Origin: a virus
DNA length: 45,923 bases
Direction: 5' to 3' (one strand)
Virus record (IMG/VR): IMGVR_UViG_3300045988_112896
Span: 1-45,923 of that record
A program made the position numbers and the translations under genes. The notes beneath the pieces were generated by a model that ran no database searches, was not told the DNA's origin, and saw only the letters and a list, made by a program, of their open reading frames with translations. Of this stretch, positions 25,188 to 32,842 are shown one piece after another; the stretch's first letter is position 1; each line of letters begins with the position of its first letter.

Positions 25188-25775
25188 TTACTCTTTATTA
25201 GCCTGTGCTTCTTCCTCAGCTTTCAGGCGAGTGTAATAAGCAACAGCGGCAAAATCGCCGTTCTTCTGCGCTTCCTCGATTTTCTTGCCGTAATCAACGG
25301 CACCACCGTTATCCCCGTTACCGGGGGTCGGCTTGGGGGTCTTCTTGAGAGCGTCAGCCTTGACCTTCTTCGCATAATCCTCAAGGAACTTGCTCTGGTT
25401 GGCAAACACCTTGGCACTGTCACCGTCAGCCATGGCCTTAGCAGTATCCTCGGCCAGAGCTTCATCGTAGCCCTGGGCAATGAACTTGGCCTTATACTCG
25501 GAAACGGTCTTGCCCTTTCGCAGCTCGGACAGCTCCTTTTCCATCTGGGCCAGCTTGTCAGCGTCCTCTTGCTTCTTCTTCTCGTCCTCGGACAGAAGAG
25601 CATTGTGCTTACGCTTCCACTCAGCGGCTTCGGAATTGGCCTTGGAGAGAGCGTTCTTCTGCCGTTCCAGCTCGGCAGCGTTATCCTCATACTCAAAGGC
25701 TTCGAGGGCTTTCAGCTTGTCTTCTGCGGACATATCCGCATAACCCTCAATCTTGCTCGTGTCAATCTTTGCCAT
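25188..25775 (-). CDS. Scaffolding protein
   Basis: 195-aa highly charged Ala/Lys/Glu-rich coiled-coil ORF between the portal and capsid genes. Confidence 0.75.
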   Translation of the reverse strand: MAKIDTSKIEGYADMSAEDKLKALEAFEYEDNAAELERQKNALSKANSEAAEWKRKHNALLSEDEKKKQEDADKLAQMEKELSELRKGKTVSEYKAKFIAQGYDEALAEDTAKAMADGDSAKVFANQSKFLEDYAKKVKADALKKTPKPTPGNGDNGGAVDYGKKIEEAQKNGDFAAVAYYTRLKAEEEAQANKE

Positions 25776-25877
25776 AACAAATTCCTCCTGCGTTTAACAA
25801 GGCTGTTCACTCAGCACTATTTTCTGTTTTTGTCGGGGTTGTCTCCCCGTTGCGTTTTTAAGTCTTCACTGACCGTA

Positions 25878-25939
25878 TGGTGACCTTGGCGGGACTTGAA
25901 CCCACACACCTACGGCTCTTGCCATTGAGCTACAAGATC
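25878..25939 (-). ncRNA. tRNA-like element lacking the anticodon arm (encoded CCA end)
   Basis: The minus strand reads GATCTTG TA GCTC AATGGCAA GAGC CGTAGGTGT GTGGG TTCAAGT CCCGC CAAGGTC A CCA. It has a 7-bp acceptor stem, a D arm, a T arm with a TTCAAGT loop, discriminator A and CCA. Only 9 nt occupy the space where about 23 nt (position 26, anticodon arm, variable loop) are expected. Confidence 0.6.
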
Positions 25940-25940
25940 A

Positions 25941-25987
25941 TAAAAAATAGGGCTACCGGAAAAGCATTTCTACTCTTCCGATAGCCC
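25941..25987 (-). terminator. Intrinsic terminator after the portal-proximal operon
   Basis: The minus RNA folds as GGGCUAUCGGA-loop-UCCGGUAGCCC followed by UAUUUUUUAU. One G-U pair exists only in the minus-strand transcript. Confidence 0.7.
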
Positions 25988-26003
25988 GTAATGGCTGTTG
26001 CCG

Positions 26004-26165
26004 TTATCTCGATATAACGACCTCATATTTCTTTTTACTGGATGTTTCCCAAACCACCAGCTTGCCGTTCCTTACGGCAATTTCAACTCCCTTACCACGG
26101 GATAGAATTTCATTGATCTCCTGAATCGCCCTGGTTGACAGGCTCACTACCGGGTTCATTTCCAT
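26004..26165 (-). CDS. Hypothetical small protein (53 aa)
   Basis: Tracked ORF 26004..26234 trimmed to ATG 26165 (MEMNPVVSL), after AGGAGGGA. It overlaps the portal 3' end. Confidence 0.45.
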   Translation of the reverse strand: MEMNPVVSLSTRAIQEINEILSRGKGVEIAVRNGKLVVWETSSKKKYEVVISR

Positions 26166-27561
26166 CGTTCCCTCCTGCCTGAGTTTTCTGCTGTTCAGCA
26201 ATCTTTTGTGCCTTGGCTTCCTGTTCTGCCACATACTCCATGCTCATTTTGTAAGCAACCTGGGGGTCGGAGAACATTCCGCAATGAATGAAAGCCAAAA
26301 TAGGAGCAATCTTAGAATTGTTCAACATAGTAGTGAGAACATTGGCCTTTTCGCTGATATTCTCGTAATTCCGGCGAGTAAATCGAATGTCGATAGCCGA
26401 CAGCTTCAAGTCCAAATCGCTTAAATCCCGGCAGATACGAAGCAACAGCTTCAAAAACTGCTTTTCGGATTTTTTGAACATTCTCTCGGAATCTTTAGCT
26501 CTGGCTTCTGCCGCAGACCAGCCATCTCGCATTATTACAGCAGAGCCGGTATCGCTGGTGGAGGAACCACCGTTCCGGTTCGGCATACCACAAATTGTGA
26601 GGATAATATTATACATACTATCCACCAACGTTTGTGTCTGCGTTTGGTTCAACTCGGCAGTCAGGTATTCAATCTCTGCCTTGAATTGAGGGTCAATGTC
26701 CTTGTACTTGATTGCTCCTTCATCACGAAGTTTCTGGTAATCCTCAGAGCTAATATCGACATTGTGGAAGAGCATGAGTGCCTGAACAAACTGCTCAACG
26801 CCGTCAATCCGATTGGACTCCGTAGTATTGATTGCGTCCAGAAGAGGGAGAACGATTTCAAAAGCACCCAGGCGTGATTTGTTTGCAGGATACTCGATAA
26901 TGGGAATACCCAGGATTTGATCTTCGCTTCGTCTGATTCTCCAAGTGTTCTCAACCTCGAAATAGTGATCTTCCGTATAGCAGCTAAAAACCAGAACGCC
27001 GTCATCTCTCAGAATATACTTTACCCCCATCATAGCGGGATTTCCAAGAGCAACGGAATAGACCACAAAAGCAAATCTGGGGTCAAGTGTGAAGATTTCA
27101 AAAGGAGCTTCGTCCTCTTCCACATTGGCTTCCCCATCGGGAAGAACCATGCGGTAAGAAGTACCGCAAATGTGCCACCACTCGGCCAGTTCTGCGTCCG
27201 CAGACGGCTTATCCTCAGAAAGAGTGTAATCGTTCAGGAGAGTAACCGCTTCCGTGATAGCCGTATCGTCTTTCCGGCTGACATACTGAACAGGCTCCCC
27301 CATCAGATAACCAACCTTGAAAGAAACGATCTCATTGGCTCGATTTTCAACTACCTTGTTGTTGATTTCAGGGCGAACATCCTTTTTCCGGTAAAGGATA
27401 GGCTGGTCACCCTTGTAATACCGATACAGGTAGTTAATATCTGCCTGGTTCAGAAGATGAACGAACAGGGCCTTTTGAAGAACATCAATGATGTTATTGT
27501 CGTTGATTTCGGAAACATCAGTATAAATCACTCTGCGTCCAAATAACGCTCTGGCACCCAT
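26110..27561 (-). CDS. Portal protein (SPP1 gp6-like)
   Basis: 483-aa ORF downstream of terL. Its size, position and acidic C-terminal tail are typical of portal proteins. Confidence 0.85.
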   Translation of the reverse strand: MGARALFGRRVIYTDVSEINDNNIIDVLQKALFVHLLNQADINYLYRYYKGDQPILYRKKDVRPEINNKVVENRANEIVSFKVGYLMGEPVQYVSRKDDTAITEAVTLLNDYTLSEDKPSADAELAEWWHICGTSYRMVLPDGEANVEEDEAPFEIFTLDPRFAFVVYSVALGNPAMMGVKYILRDDGVLVFSCYTEDHYFEVENTWRIRRSEDQILGIPIIEYPANKSRLGAFEIVLPLLDAINTTESNRIDGVEQFVQALMLFHNVDISSEDYQKLRDEGAIKYKDIDPQFKAEIEYLTAELNQTQTQTLVDSMYNIILTICGMPNRNGGSSTSDTGSAVIMRDGWSAAEARAKDSERMFKKSEKQFLKLLLRICRDLSDLDLKLSAIDIRFTRRNYENISEKANVLTTMLNNSKIAPILAFIHCGMFSDPQVAYKMSMEYVAEQEAKAQKIAEQQKTQAGGNDGNEPGSEPVNQGDSGDQ

Positions 27562-27598
27562 TCAGCTCACCTCCTTCCAGACTAATTCTTCATACTTC

Positions 27599-27627
27599 AT
27601 AATATCAAAATATCCAATGGTTGTCAA
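27599..27627 (-). promoter_or_regulatory. Sigma-70-type promoter upstream of the portal gene
   Basis: The minus strand reads TTGACA (27627..27622), a 17-nt spacer, then TATTAT (27604..27599). The -35 box is flanked by the 8-bp inverted repeat CCAATGGT/ACCATTGG (27614..27621 and 27645..27652). Confidence 0.55.
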
Positions 27628-27678
27628 CACTTAACCTTTTAGAATACCATTGGAGAGCTCATTTGTCAAAAATTTCGT

Positions 27679-29334
27679 TCAACAGGGACGCTTGAACACC
27701 TCGATCTTACCGCCTTCAAGCATACGAATCTCATTTTCCAGAAGAGCCAGGGAGTCAGGTGCGTCATCATGGGGAACCTTACCGCTTCTCGTGTAAGTGG
27801 TCAATTCTTTCATGAAATTCCAATACTGACTACCTCTCTTGTAGGTGGAAGGGTGTTTGAAATAGAAATTCTTTTTGATGTTGTCGGACGCAAACTCAAT
27901 ACGGGTCTGCTTGTTGGAAATCGTTCTCTTCGTGCGAATACCAATAGAATATCCCATCTGACGCACGATCTCTGCCACATCACGGGCATAATATTGACCG
28001 GCATTGTTGGACTCAAAAATGGCAGAAGCTACTTTGTTGGTAATCAGACACTTGGCACATTCCGGTTTTGTTACCTCAGCGGGAGAATCGTCAAAGACCA
28101 CATCGGTAATATACACCGACCGGCCATAGATGACTGCTACCGGCATAGAGGTACTGTCGCTTCCGCTTTCGGCGGTATCTCCTACGGCAATGATGGTGTC
28201 GGGGTCAAGGTCAGGCGGCAGCTCAAAGAAGTAATTCAGCTCGTCCTTGTTGAACAATAAGCCCTTGGCTTCAAAAGGCTGTTGCTGAAACTCACTCTCA
28301 AACTGCTCAGAGGAAAGAAGTTCTCTCTGCTCCCGGAAGTAAGCCGTTGTGAAAATCTTCTGGCCCTCCCGCTCATACTCATAATTGCTTTCGTCCGTGA
28401 TAGGGTCAAGAGCCGGAATCTCGATTGCCCTCCAATTCCACCCCTCTCTTTGAGCGTATTCCTGCACACGGCCAATAGGGTCATAAAGGGAATATCGGGT
28501 ACCGGTAAACACCATGGGCGTACCTTCAATAGCACGACCCATAATATCGCCGGAAATGACTTCCCACTTATCATCGAGCCGCTGCCGGTTTTTAGCTTCC
28601 TCACGACCCTCCACACAGTCATCAAGATAGAGAACATTTGTGGCTTCGGACAAACCCACCTGACGAGCGTCAATGGAACGGCACATGATGGTAGGGAATC
28701 GGGATTTGGATTTGAGATTGATGATCTTCGTATCGGCTCCGGTTTGAACAAGACGAGCTTCCGGGAATACATCGTAGAACAGATATTCATTGGGAACCGT
28801 CAGATATTCCAGGCACCCATTATAAAAGCTCTTTACAAGGTCATCACCAGTTCCTTCCATGAGAGTAGCCCTGTCAGGATACTTGCCGGAAATCATATTA
28901 ACAAAATTGATACCAGTTTGGGACTTTCCTGCTCTCTTGGGCATAGATATTGTCAAAAGACGCAGCTTTTTGTCAAGAATATCTTGAAAACCCTGCACCA
29001 TAGGCTTCAAGTAATGCCGCCTGGGAGCATAAAACCTCTTTTCCGGCTTCCTGTCAAGCTCGATGTAGGTCATGAACGCATCGAACTTATAGGGAGCGTC
29101 AAACAGAAGACTCTTTCGCCATGCTTCATAGAACTTTTGAGCTTCCTTCGGATTGCACACTCTTAACTGCTTGGCGCAAAGACTTCTCAGCTTTTCATTC
29201 AGGTCGTGAGCCGCCTGAAAATCAATTCCTTCCCACTGACGGCACAAGGAAAGAAGGTCAATATAAGCCCCCTGGTCATACGGCTTATTTTCAATATGCC
29301 GGACAATATTGTTTGCCAGTTTCACATAATCCAT
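27679..29334 (-). CDS. terL: Terminase large subunit
   Basis: 551-aa ORF with Walker A MPKRAGKS, an ATPase domain and a C-terminal nuclease domain. It lies upstream of the portal gene. Confidence 0.9.
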   Translation of the reverse strand: MDYVKLANNIVRHIENKPYDQGAYIDLLSLCRQWEGIDFQAAHDLNEKLRSLCAKQLRVCNPKEAQKFYEAWRKSLLFDAPYKFDAFMTYIELDRKPEKRFYAPRRHYLKPMVQGFQDILDKKLRLLTISMPKRAGKSQTGINFVNMISGKYPDRATLMEGTGDDLVKSFYNGCLEYLTVPNEYLFYDVFPEARLVQTGADTKIINLKSKSRFPTIMCRSIDARQVGLSEATNVLYLDDCVEGREEAKNRQRLDDKWEVISGDIMGRAIEGTPMVFTGTRYSLYDPIGRVQEYAQREGWNWRAIEIPALDPITDESNYEYEREGQKIFTTAYFREQRELLSSEQFESEFQQQPFEAKGLLFNKDELNYFFELPPDLDPDTIIAVGDTAESGSDSTSMPVAVIYGRSVYITDVVFDDSPAEVTKPECAKCLITNKVASAIFESNNAGQYYARDVAEIVRQMGYSIGIRTKRTISNKQTRIEFASDNIKKNFYFKHPSTYKRGSQYWNFMKELTTYTRSGKVPHDDAPDSLALLENEIRMLEGGKIEVFKRPC

Positions 29335-29343
29335 AATTGCACC

Positions 29344-29712
29344 TCACATGATTCCAAGCTGCTGATACACAGCGTAAATCTTCGGAAACTGAATGGCAAA
29401 CCAGTCCACCATTTCCTCATTCTTTGCCCAGGCTTTTTCGGGAGCAAAACTATTCCATTGAAGACCGGATTCATTAAAAAACGCATGAATAACTTCATGC
29501 CGTAGCGTACAATTCTCTTGACTCTTGCGAACCTCTTCCGGTTCATCGTCCCAATTCGGAACCGTACTCAAATCAAGATAATAAATGCGGTGGTCATCGG
29601 TAGTACACATTCCACCGTAATTCATCTTGCTCATATATTCATTTTCATCAGCCTTTACACGATAAACGGAATACGGAGTGCCAAGAACATTGATTTTCTT
29701 TACCAGCTTCAT
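29344..29712 (-). CDS. Putative zinc metallopeptidase (HExxH)
   Basis: 122-aa ORF containing the LRHEVIHAF motif. ATG 29712 follows GGAGGTAACT. It lies immediately upstream of terL. Confidence 0.5.
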   Translation of the reverse strand: MKLVKKINVLGTPYSVYRVKADENEYMSKMNYGGMCTTDDHRIYYLDLSTVPNWDDEPEEVRKSQENCTLRHEVIHAFFNESGLQWNSFAPEKAWAKNEEMVDWFAIQFPKIYAVYQQLGIM

Positions 29713-29721
29713 AGTTACCTC

Positions 29722-29760
29722 CAAAAGAAAACGGACTACCGGATTTCTCCGATAGCCCGT
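29722..29760 (-). terminator. Intrinsic terminator at the left edge of the island
   Basis: The minus RNA folds as ACGGGCUAUCGGA-GAAA-UCCGGUAGUCCGU (13 bp including two G-U pairs), followed by UUUUCUUUU. It shares GGYAACAGCCAYTACGGGCTATCGGA with the terminator at 25941..25987. Confidence 0.7.
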
Positions 29761-29791
29761 AGTGGCTGTTACCCTTGCCCCTGCAAGAGCC

Positions 29792-29881
29792 TTACAGTAT
29801 TCGTGGAATGATAAATGCTAAAGCAAGTAAGGCTATAATTGCCAGGAGTAGATAACCTATAAGCTCCCCAAAGAACTTCAC
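29792..29881 (-). CDS. Hydrophobic mini-ORF (29 aa)
   Basis: My own translation gives (GTG)KFFGELIGYLLLAIIALLALAFIIPRIL. The GTG lies 6 nt after GAGGTGA. It is below the ORF-track cutoff. Confidence 0.35.
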   Translation of the reverse strand: MKFFGELIGYLLLAIIALLALAFIIPRIL

Positions 29882-29882
29882 C

Positions 29883-30338
29883 TTAACTCACCTCTATACT
29901 TAGTATATCACTCCTGCTGATTTCGTTAAAGTCTGCGTCATTAACTGAGAGGGAAAATTCCAGAGTTTTGACCTCACTGTAATCGGAAATCCCGGCAGTC
30001 TCATTGTTGAAACTCATGGCATACGCCAATTTCTTACCACCTTGCATGGTAGCCGGGGTTCCGCTTACAAATTGAACCATGGAGTCATTTACAGACGAGT
30101 CCAGAGGAAGAACCGTGATTTCCTGGTCACTCAGGTTTTGGAATGACAGGTTCACCGCAGTCATACCCTCCACCATGGGAAGGTCACTGACACCCTCGAA
30201 GGTCACCTCAACATATTCGTCCTTGTAGATGACTTGTGCGGATGGCTCCACAGCAGCTTGCTCAGGCTCAGAGGACGAACCGCAGGAACAAAGGCCCAGA
30301 ATCATCAGAGCCACTACTAAAATCGACAGCTTTTTCAT
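29883..30338 (-). CDS. Secreted lipoprotein (superinfection-exclusion-type candidate)
   Basis: The signal peptide and lipobox read MKKLSILVVALMILGLCSCGSSSE. The 151-aa ORF starts one nt after the recombinase stop. Confidence 0.7.
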   Translation of the reverse strand: MKKLSILVVALMILGLCSCGSSSEPEQAAVEPSAQVIYKDEYVEVTFEGVSDLPMVEGMTAVNLSFQNLSDQEITVLPLDSSVNDSMVQFVSGTPATMQGGKKLAYAMSFNNETAGISDYSEVKTLEFSLSVNDADFNEISRSDILSIEVS

Positions 30339-30339
30339 A

Positions 30340-30924
30340 TTATCCAGCCCTTCTCACTAATTCATACCAAGTGGTTCTGCCAATACCCAACTCCCTGCAA
30401 CAGTCAGCAACGGTCATCTCGCCCTTCTTTTGCTTCTCTCGGCAACTCTCAAAGGCACTCTGATCTACAACAATAGGTTTCCGGCCCTCACGCCAATTAG
30501 GGTCATGCTCACGCTTGTAGGCTTTTCCGTCAGAAGTACGCTCTACAATCATGTCACGCTCATATTCAGCAAAGGCCAGCATGACGGTCACCATGACTTT
30601 ACCCATCGGGCTATTGTCAGCAATACCCATGTTCAGGATATGCACCGTGATACCTCGGTCAACCAAATCCCGTACCAGCAAGGCACCTTCCGGGGCAGTT
30701 CGGGCAAACCTGTCCAGCTTGCAAACCACCATTTCGTCACCGGCTTTCAACTTGGAAAGAAGGTCATCAAATCCAGGTCGTTCCATGGTGTGTCCAGTAT
30801 AGGTGTCAAGGTAGATGTTCTCACGCTGAACACCAGCCGCTATCAAACGGTCAACCTGATCTTCAAGAGACATTCCATAGAGCTTTTGCCCACGGGAGCT
30901 GACTCGACCATAGCCGTATCTCAT
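30340..30924 (-). CDS. Small serine recombinase (resolvase/invertase family)
   Basis: MRYGYGRVSSRGQ carries the catalytic Ser. Other family features are VVCKLDRFARTA, the E-helix region and a C-terminal HTH (CRELGIGRTTWYELV). The ORF is 194 aa. Confidence 0.9.
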   Translation of the reverse strand: MRYGYGRVSSRGQKLYGMSLEDQVDRLIAAGVQRENIYLDTYTGHTMERPGFDDLLSKLKAGDEMVVCKLDRFARTAPEGALLVRDLVDRGITVHILNMGIADNSPMGKVMVTVMLAFAEYERDMIVERTSDGKAYKREHDPNWREGRKPIVVDQSAFESCREKQKKGEMTVADCCRELGIGRTTWYELVRRAG

Positions 30925-31211
30925 TTTGACTCACCGTCCGCAGAAAGAAGAGCGTCCAAGTCATACTTCTTGTCTTCGATCTGGTCAATTACGATTTGGT
31001 CAGCTCTGCGAGGGCCGGGTTTGCGCTCCTGAATCACAATCTCATAGCCCAGGACATTCAGCATCTCAACCGCACTGTTGAAAGACAGGTTTTCGCTTCT
31101 AAGCCGGGAGCTGATTTCATTACCCCGCTCCTTACCCAGAGATTTCGCCATGGTCAGCAGAGAGACATTTTTCTCTTTCATGATATTGCGAATGGCTTTG
31201 TTGATAAACAT
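30921..31211 (-). CDS. HTH DNA-binding protein (XRE-like)
   Basis: MFINKAIRNIMKEKNVSLLTMAKSLGKERGNEISSRL. ATG 31211 follows GAGGTGA. It is the first gene behind the promoter at 31232..31260. Confidence 0.6.
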   Translation of the reverse strand: MFINKAIRNIMKEKNVSLLTMAKSLGKERGNEISSRLRSENLSFNSAVEMLNVLGYEIVIQERKPGPRRADQIVIDQIEDKKYDLDALLSADGESK

Positions 31212-31231
31212 TGCTCTCACCTCTTGTCTAC

Positions 31232-31260
31232 ACTATACACTGAATATATTAAGTTGTCAA
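31232..31260 (-). promoter_or_regulatory. Island promoter 2 (drives the HTH - recombinase - lipoprotein operon)
   Basis: The minus strand reads TTGACA (31260..31255), a 17-nt spacer ending ATTCAGTG, then TATAGT (31237..31232). Confidence 0.7.
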
Positions 31261-31632
31261 TAGGGAGTTAAATAAATTTTGTTACTGAATATATTTGAAT
31301 GTAAATATGTTTTGTGCCTTTTTATATTTTTGAGATTTTTGAAAGTGGGTTACCTGATAAAAGGCTTTTTGTTTTTGTGGGAATTTTCGGCACTCACCCC
31401 GTCTCGACCCCCGGCCATATATCCCCCGGCCCCCTGGCCCCTGGTATCCTGGTAAAAGCCCCATATAATGCAGATCACATAAAATTAGGATAGCAGCTAA
31501 CAGCGAAAAAAAGAGAATGGGCATATAAGGCCATACAATGCCCCACACGCCCGTTTTGTTCTTGCCTATGTTCCTATACTGCTATGCTATTAAACGCCCT
31601 ATACAGGCCATTACAGGGTCATATAATAAAGC

Positions 31633-31667
31633 ATAAAAAGAGGGCCAGCGGATAACCCGCCAGCCCT
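31633..31667 (-). terminator. Intrinsic terminator after the four-gene island operon
   Basis: The minus RNA folds as AGGGCUGGCGG-GUUAU-CCGCUGGCCCU followed by CUUUUUAU. Two stem positions are G-U pairs in the minus transcript but C-A mismatches on the other strand. Confidence 0.7.
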
Positions 31668-31671
31668 TCAA

Positions 31672-31740
31672 TTATTTGTTCTTTTTCACGCAATCAAATA
31701 ATACCATTATCGGGAAAAGTAATACCATGATAAACCACAT
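31672..31740 (-). CDS. Hydrophobic mini-ORF (22 aa)
   Basis: My own translation gives MWFIMVLLFPIMVLFDCVKKNK. The GAGGTGG box lies 10 nt upstream. It is below the ORF-track cutoff. Confidence 0.3.
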   Translation of the reverse strand: MWFIMVLLFPIMVLFDCVKKNK

Positions 31741-31755
31741 ATTTGATATACCACC

Positions 31756-32031
31756 TCAGCTAATTGTAAACCGCTTGCAAGTGACTGTTTTCATAAACTG
31801 TTGCACCAACTCAGGAAAACGGGCTTTAATGGCGGTAGTATCCAGGCGGGACGATTGAACCGTTTTATAACTGACCTTGTATTCACCGGCTACAATCGTT
31901 TCATGATCTCCCATAGCTGCCTTTATTTTATCGCTGAGTGCTTCCATCTCTGCCGTGATTTCCTCTCGCATTCTCAACAATTCCCGGTATTCCCGGCAAT
32001 CTTGCTCAATGAGCTGCTTATAATCCATCAT
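31756..32031 (-). CDS. Hypothetical protein (91 aa)
   Basis: ORF track. Fourth gene of the island operon; its start overlaps the stop of the upstream gene. Confidence 0.55.
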   Translation of the reverse strand: MMDYKQLIEQDCREYRELLRMREEITAEMEALSDKIKAAMGDHETIVAGEYKVSYKTVQSSRLDTTAIKARFPELVQQFMKTVTCKRFTIS

Positions 32032-32609
32032 CTTTTCATGTCCTCCACTTCTTTCATAACCTGGGATTGAATAGCCTTGTAAATATCGGTGCTTTCCTTG
32101 TCAAGCCGAGCCGGAAGAATAAAAGCCGTCATTGCGTCATCAAATCCATATTGAAACATAATACCAGTGTTTTCCCCTTTAATCCTGGGAGAGATACCCC
32201 GGAAGGGTGGTAAAAATCTTTCGTCAATCAAGCAATAAACTTTTTCGTTGGTGATGACTTTTGCAAAACCGGGTTCTTTACAGCCGCCACGCTTGCAAGC
32301 GCAACTCCATTTAGAAACATAGGCCAAGTCATATTCAAACGGATTAAAGCCGAAAAAGATTTTTACTAAATCCTGAGCCGGTTTATCTTTATTGGGCAGA
32401 TCATCAAAAGACAAATCAAAAGCCCTGGCAACCTGGGAAAGCGTGGTATCCTTGAAGCGGATAATCATATACGCATCACAGAAATAGCTATCACCGTCTT
32501 TTTCGGCCCAATAGCAACGGTTTTTCATCTGCACATTGTTTTTCTTGCTATCCTTGTAAAAACGCTTAAAGGCGGGAACATCGATACCCATAAAATCACG
32601 AATTGCCAT
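32028..32609 (-). CDS. Hypothetical protein (193 aa)
   Basis: Tracked ORF 32028..32627 trimmed to ATG 32609 (MAIRDF), after GGAGG. No motif was recognised. Confidence 0.55.
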   Translation of the reverse strand: MAIRDFMGIDVPAFKRFYKDSKKNNVQMKNRCYWAEKDGDSYFCDAYMIIRFKDTTLSQVARAFDLSFDDLPNKDKPAQDLVKIFFGFNPFEYDLAYVSKWSCACKRGGCKEPGFAKVITNEKVYCLIDERFLPPFRGISPRIKGENTGIMFQYGFDDAMTAFILPARLDKESTDIYKAIQSQVMKEVEDMKR

Positions 32610-32623
32610 TTTAATAACCTCCA

Positions 32624-32842
32624 TCAAAAGAAATAAAATAAATTAGAACTTCTAGCAGTAATTGCGTAATAATTGCCGCTTTCCCGGCCCTGGAGCAATC
32701 CACCATTCAGGCCATACACGCCGGAACTATAACCGATCTTTTCTACCGGCTCTTTAATGCTTTTCGGGTCAGCTTCGGTTATGTTTACAGCCATTCCCAG
32801 CCGCACAAGCTCCCGAAGCTCTCGCAAGGTGTATTTTCTCAT
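32624..32842 (-). CDS. Hypothetical protein (72 aa)
   Basis: ORF track. Its start overlaps the stop of the upstream gene. Confidence 0.5.
   Translation of the reverse strand: MRKYTLRELRELVRLGMAVNITEADPKSIKEPVEKIGYSSGVYGLNGGLLQGRESGNYYAITARSSNLFYFF

Noticed and set aside
25834-25849. Hairpin cggggttgtctccccg between the tRNA-like element and the scaffold gene, considered as a minus-strand terminator
   Set aside because: On the minus strand it is followed by an A-rich sequence, not a U-rich one. The T run lies on the + strand, where nothing is transcribed. It is probably not a functional terminator for the late operon.
25878-25939. Calling the element a genuine tRNA gene
   Set aside because: No anticodon stem-loop can be drawn, since only 9 nt lie between the D and T arms. 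No isotype can be assigned, so it is reported as tRNA-like only.
29748-29765. Similarity between CGATAGCCCGTAG in the two homologous terminators and CGATAGTCGCTAG in the terS-proximal repeats, considered as att-like island boundaries
   Set aside because: The match is short and gapped. One of the terminator copies (25977..25990) lies outside the island. Chance or a shared terminator origin is more likely.
31282-31548. 88-aa minus-strand ORF in the island intergenic tract
   Set aside because: It has no Shine-Dalgarno before either the GTG 31548 or the ATG 31524. Its Gly/Pro-rich middle derives from the G-tracts and its tail is Lys/Gln low-complexity. It is kept only as a remote possibility.
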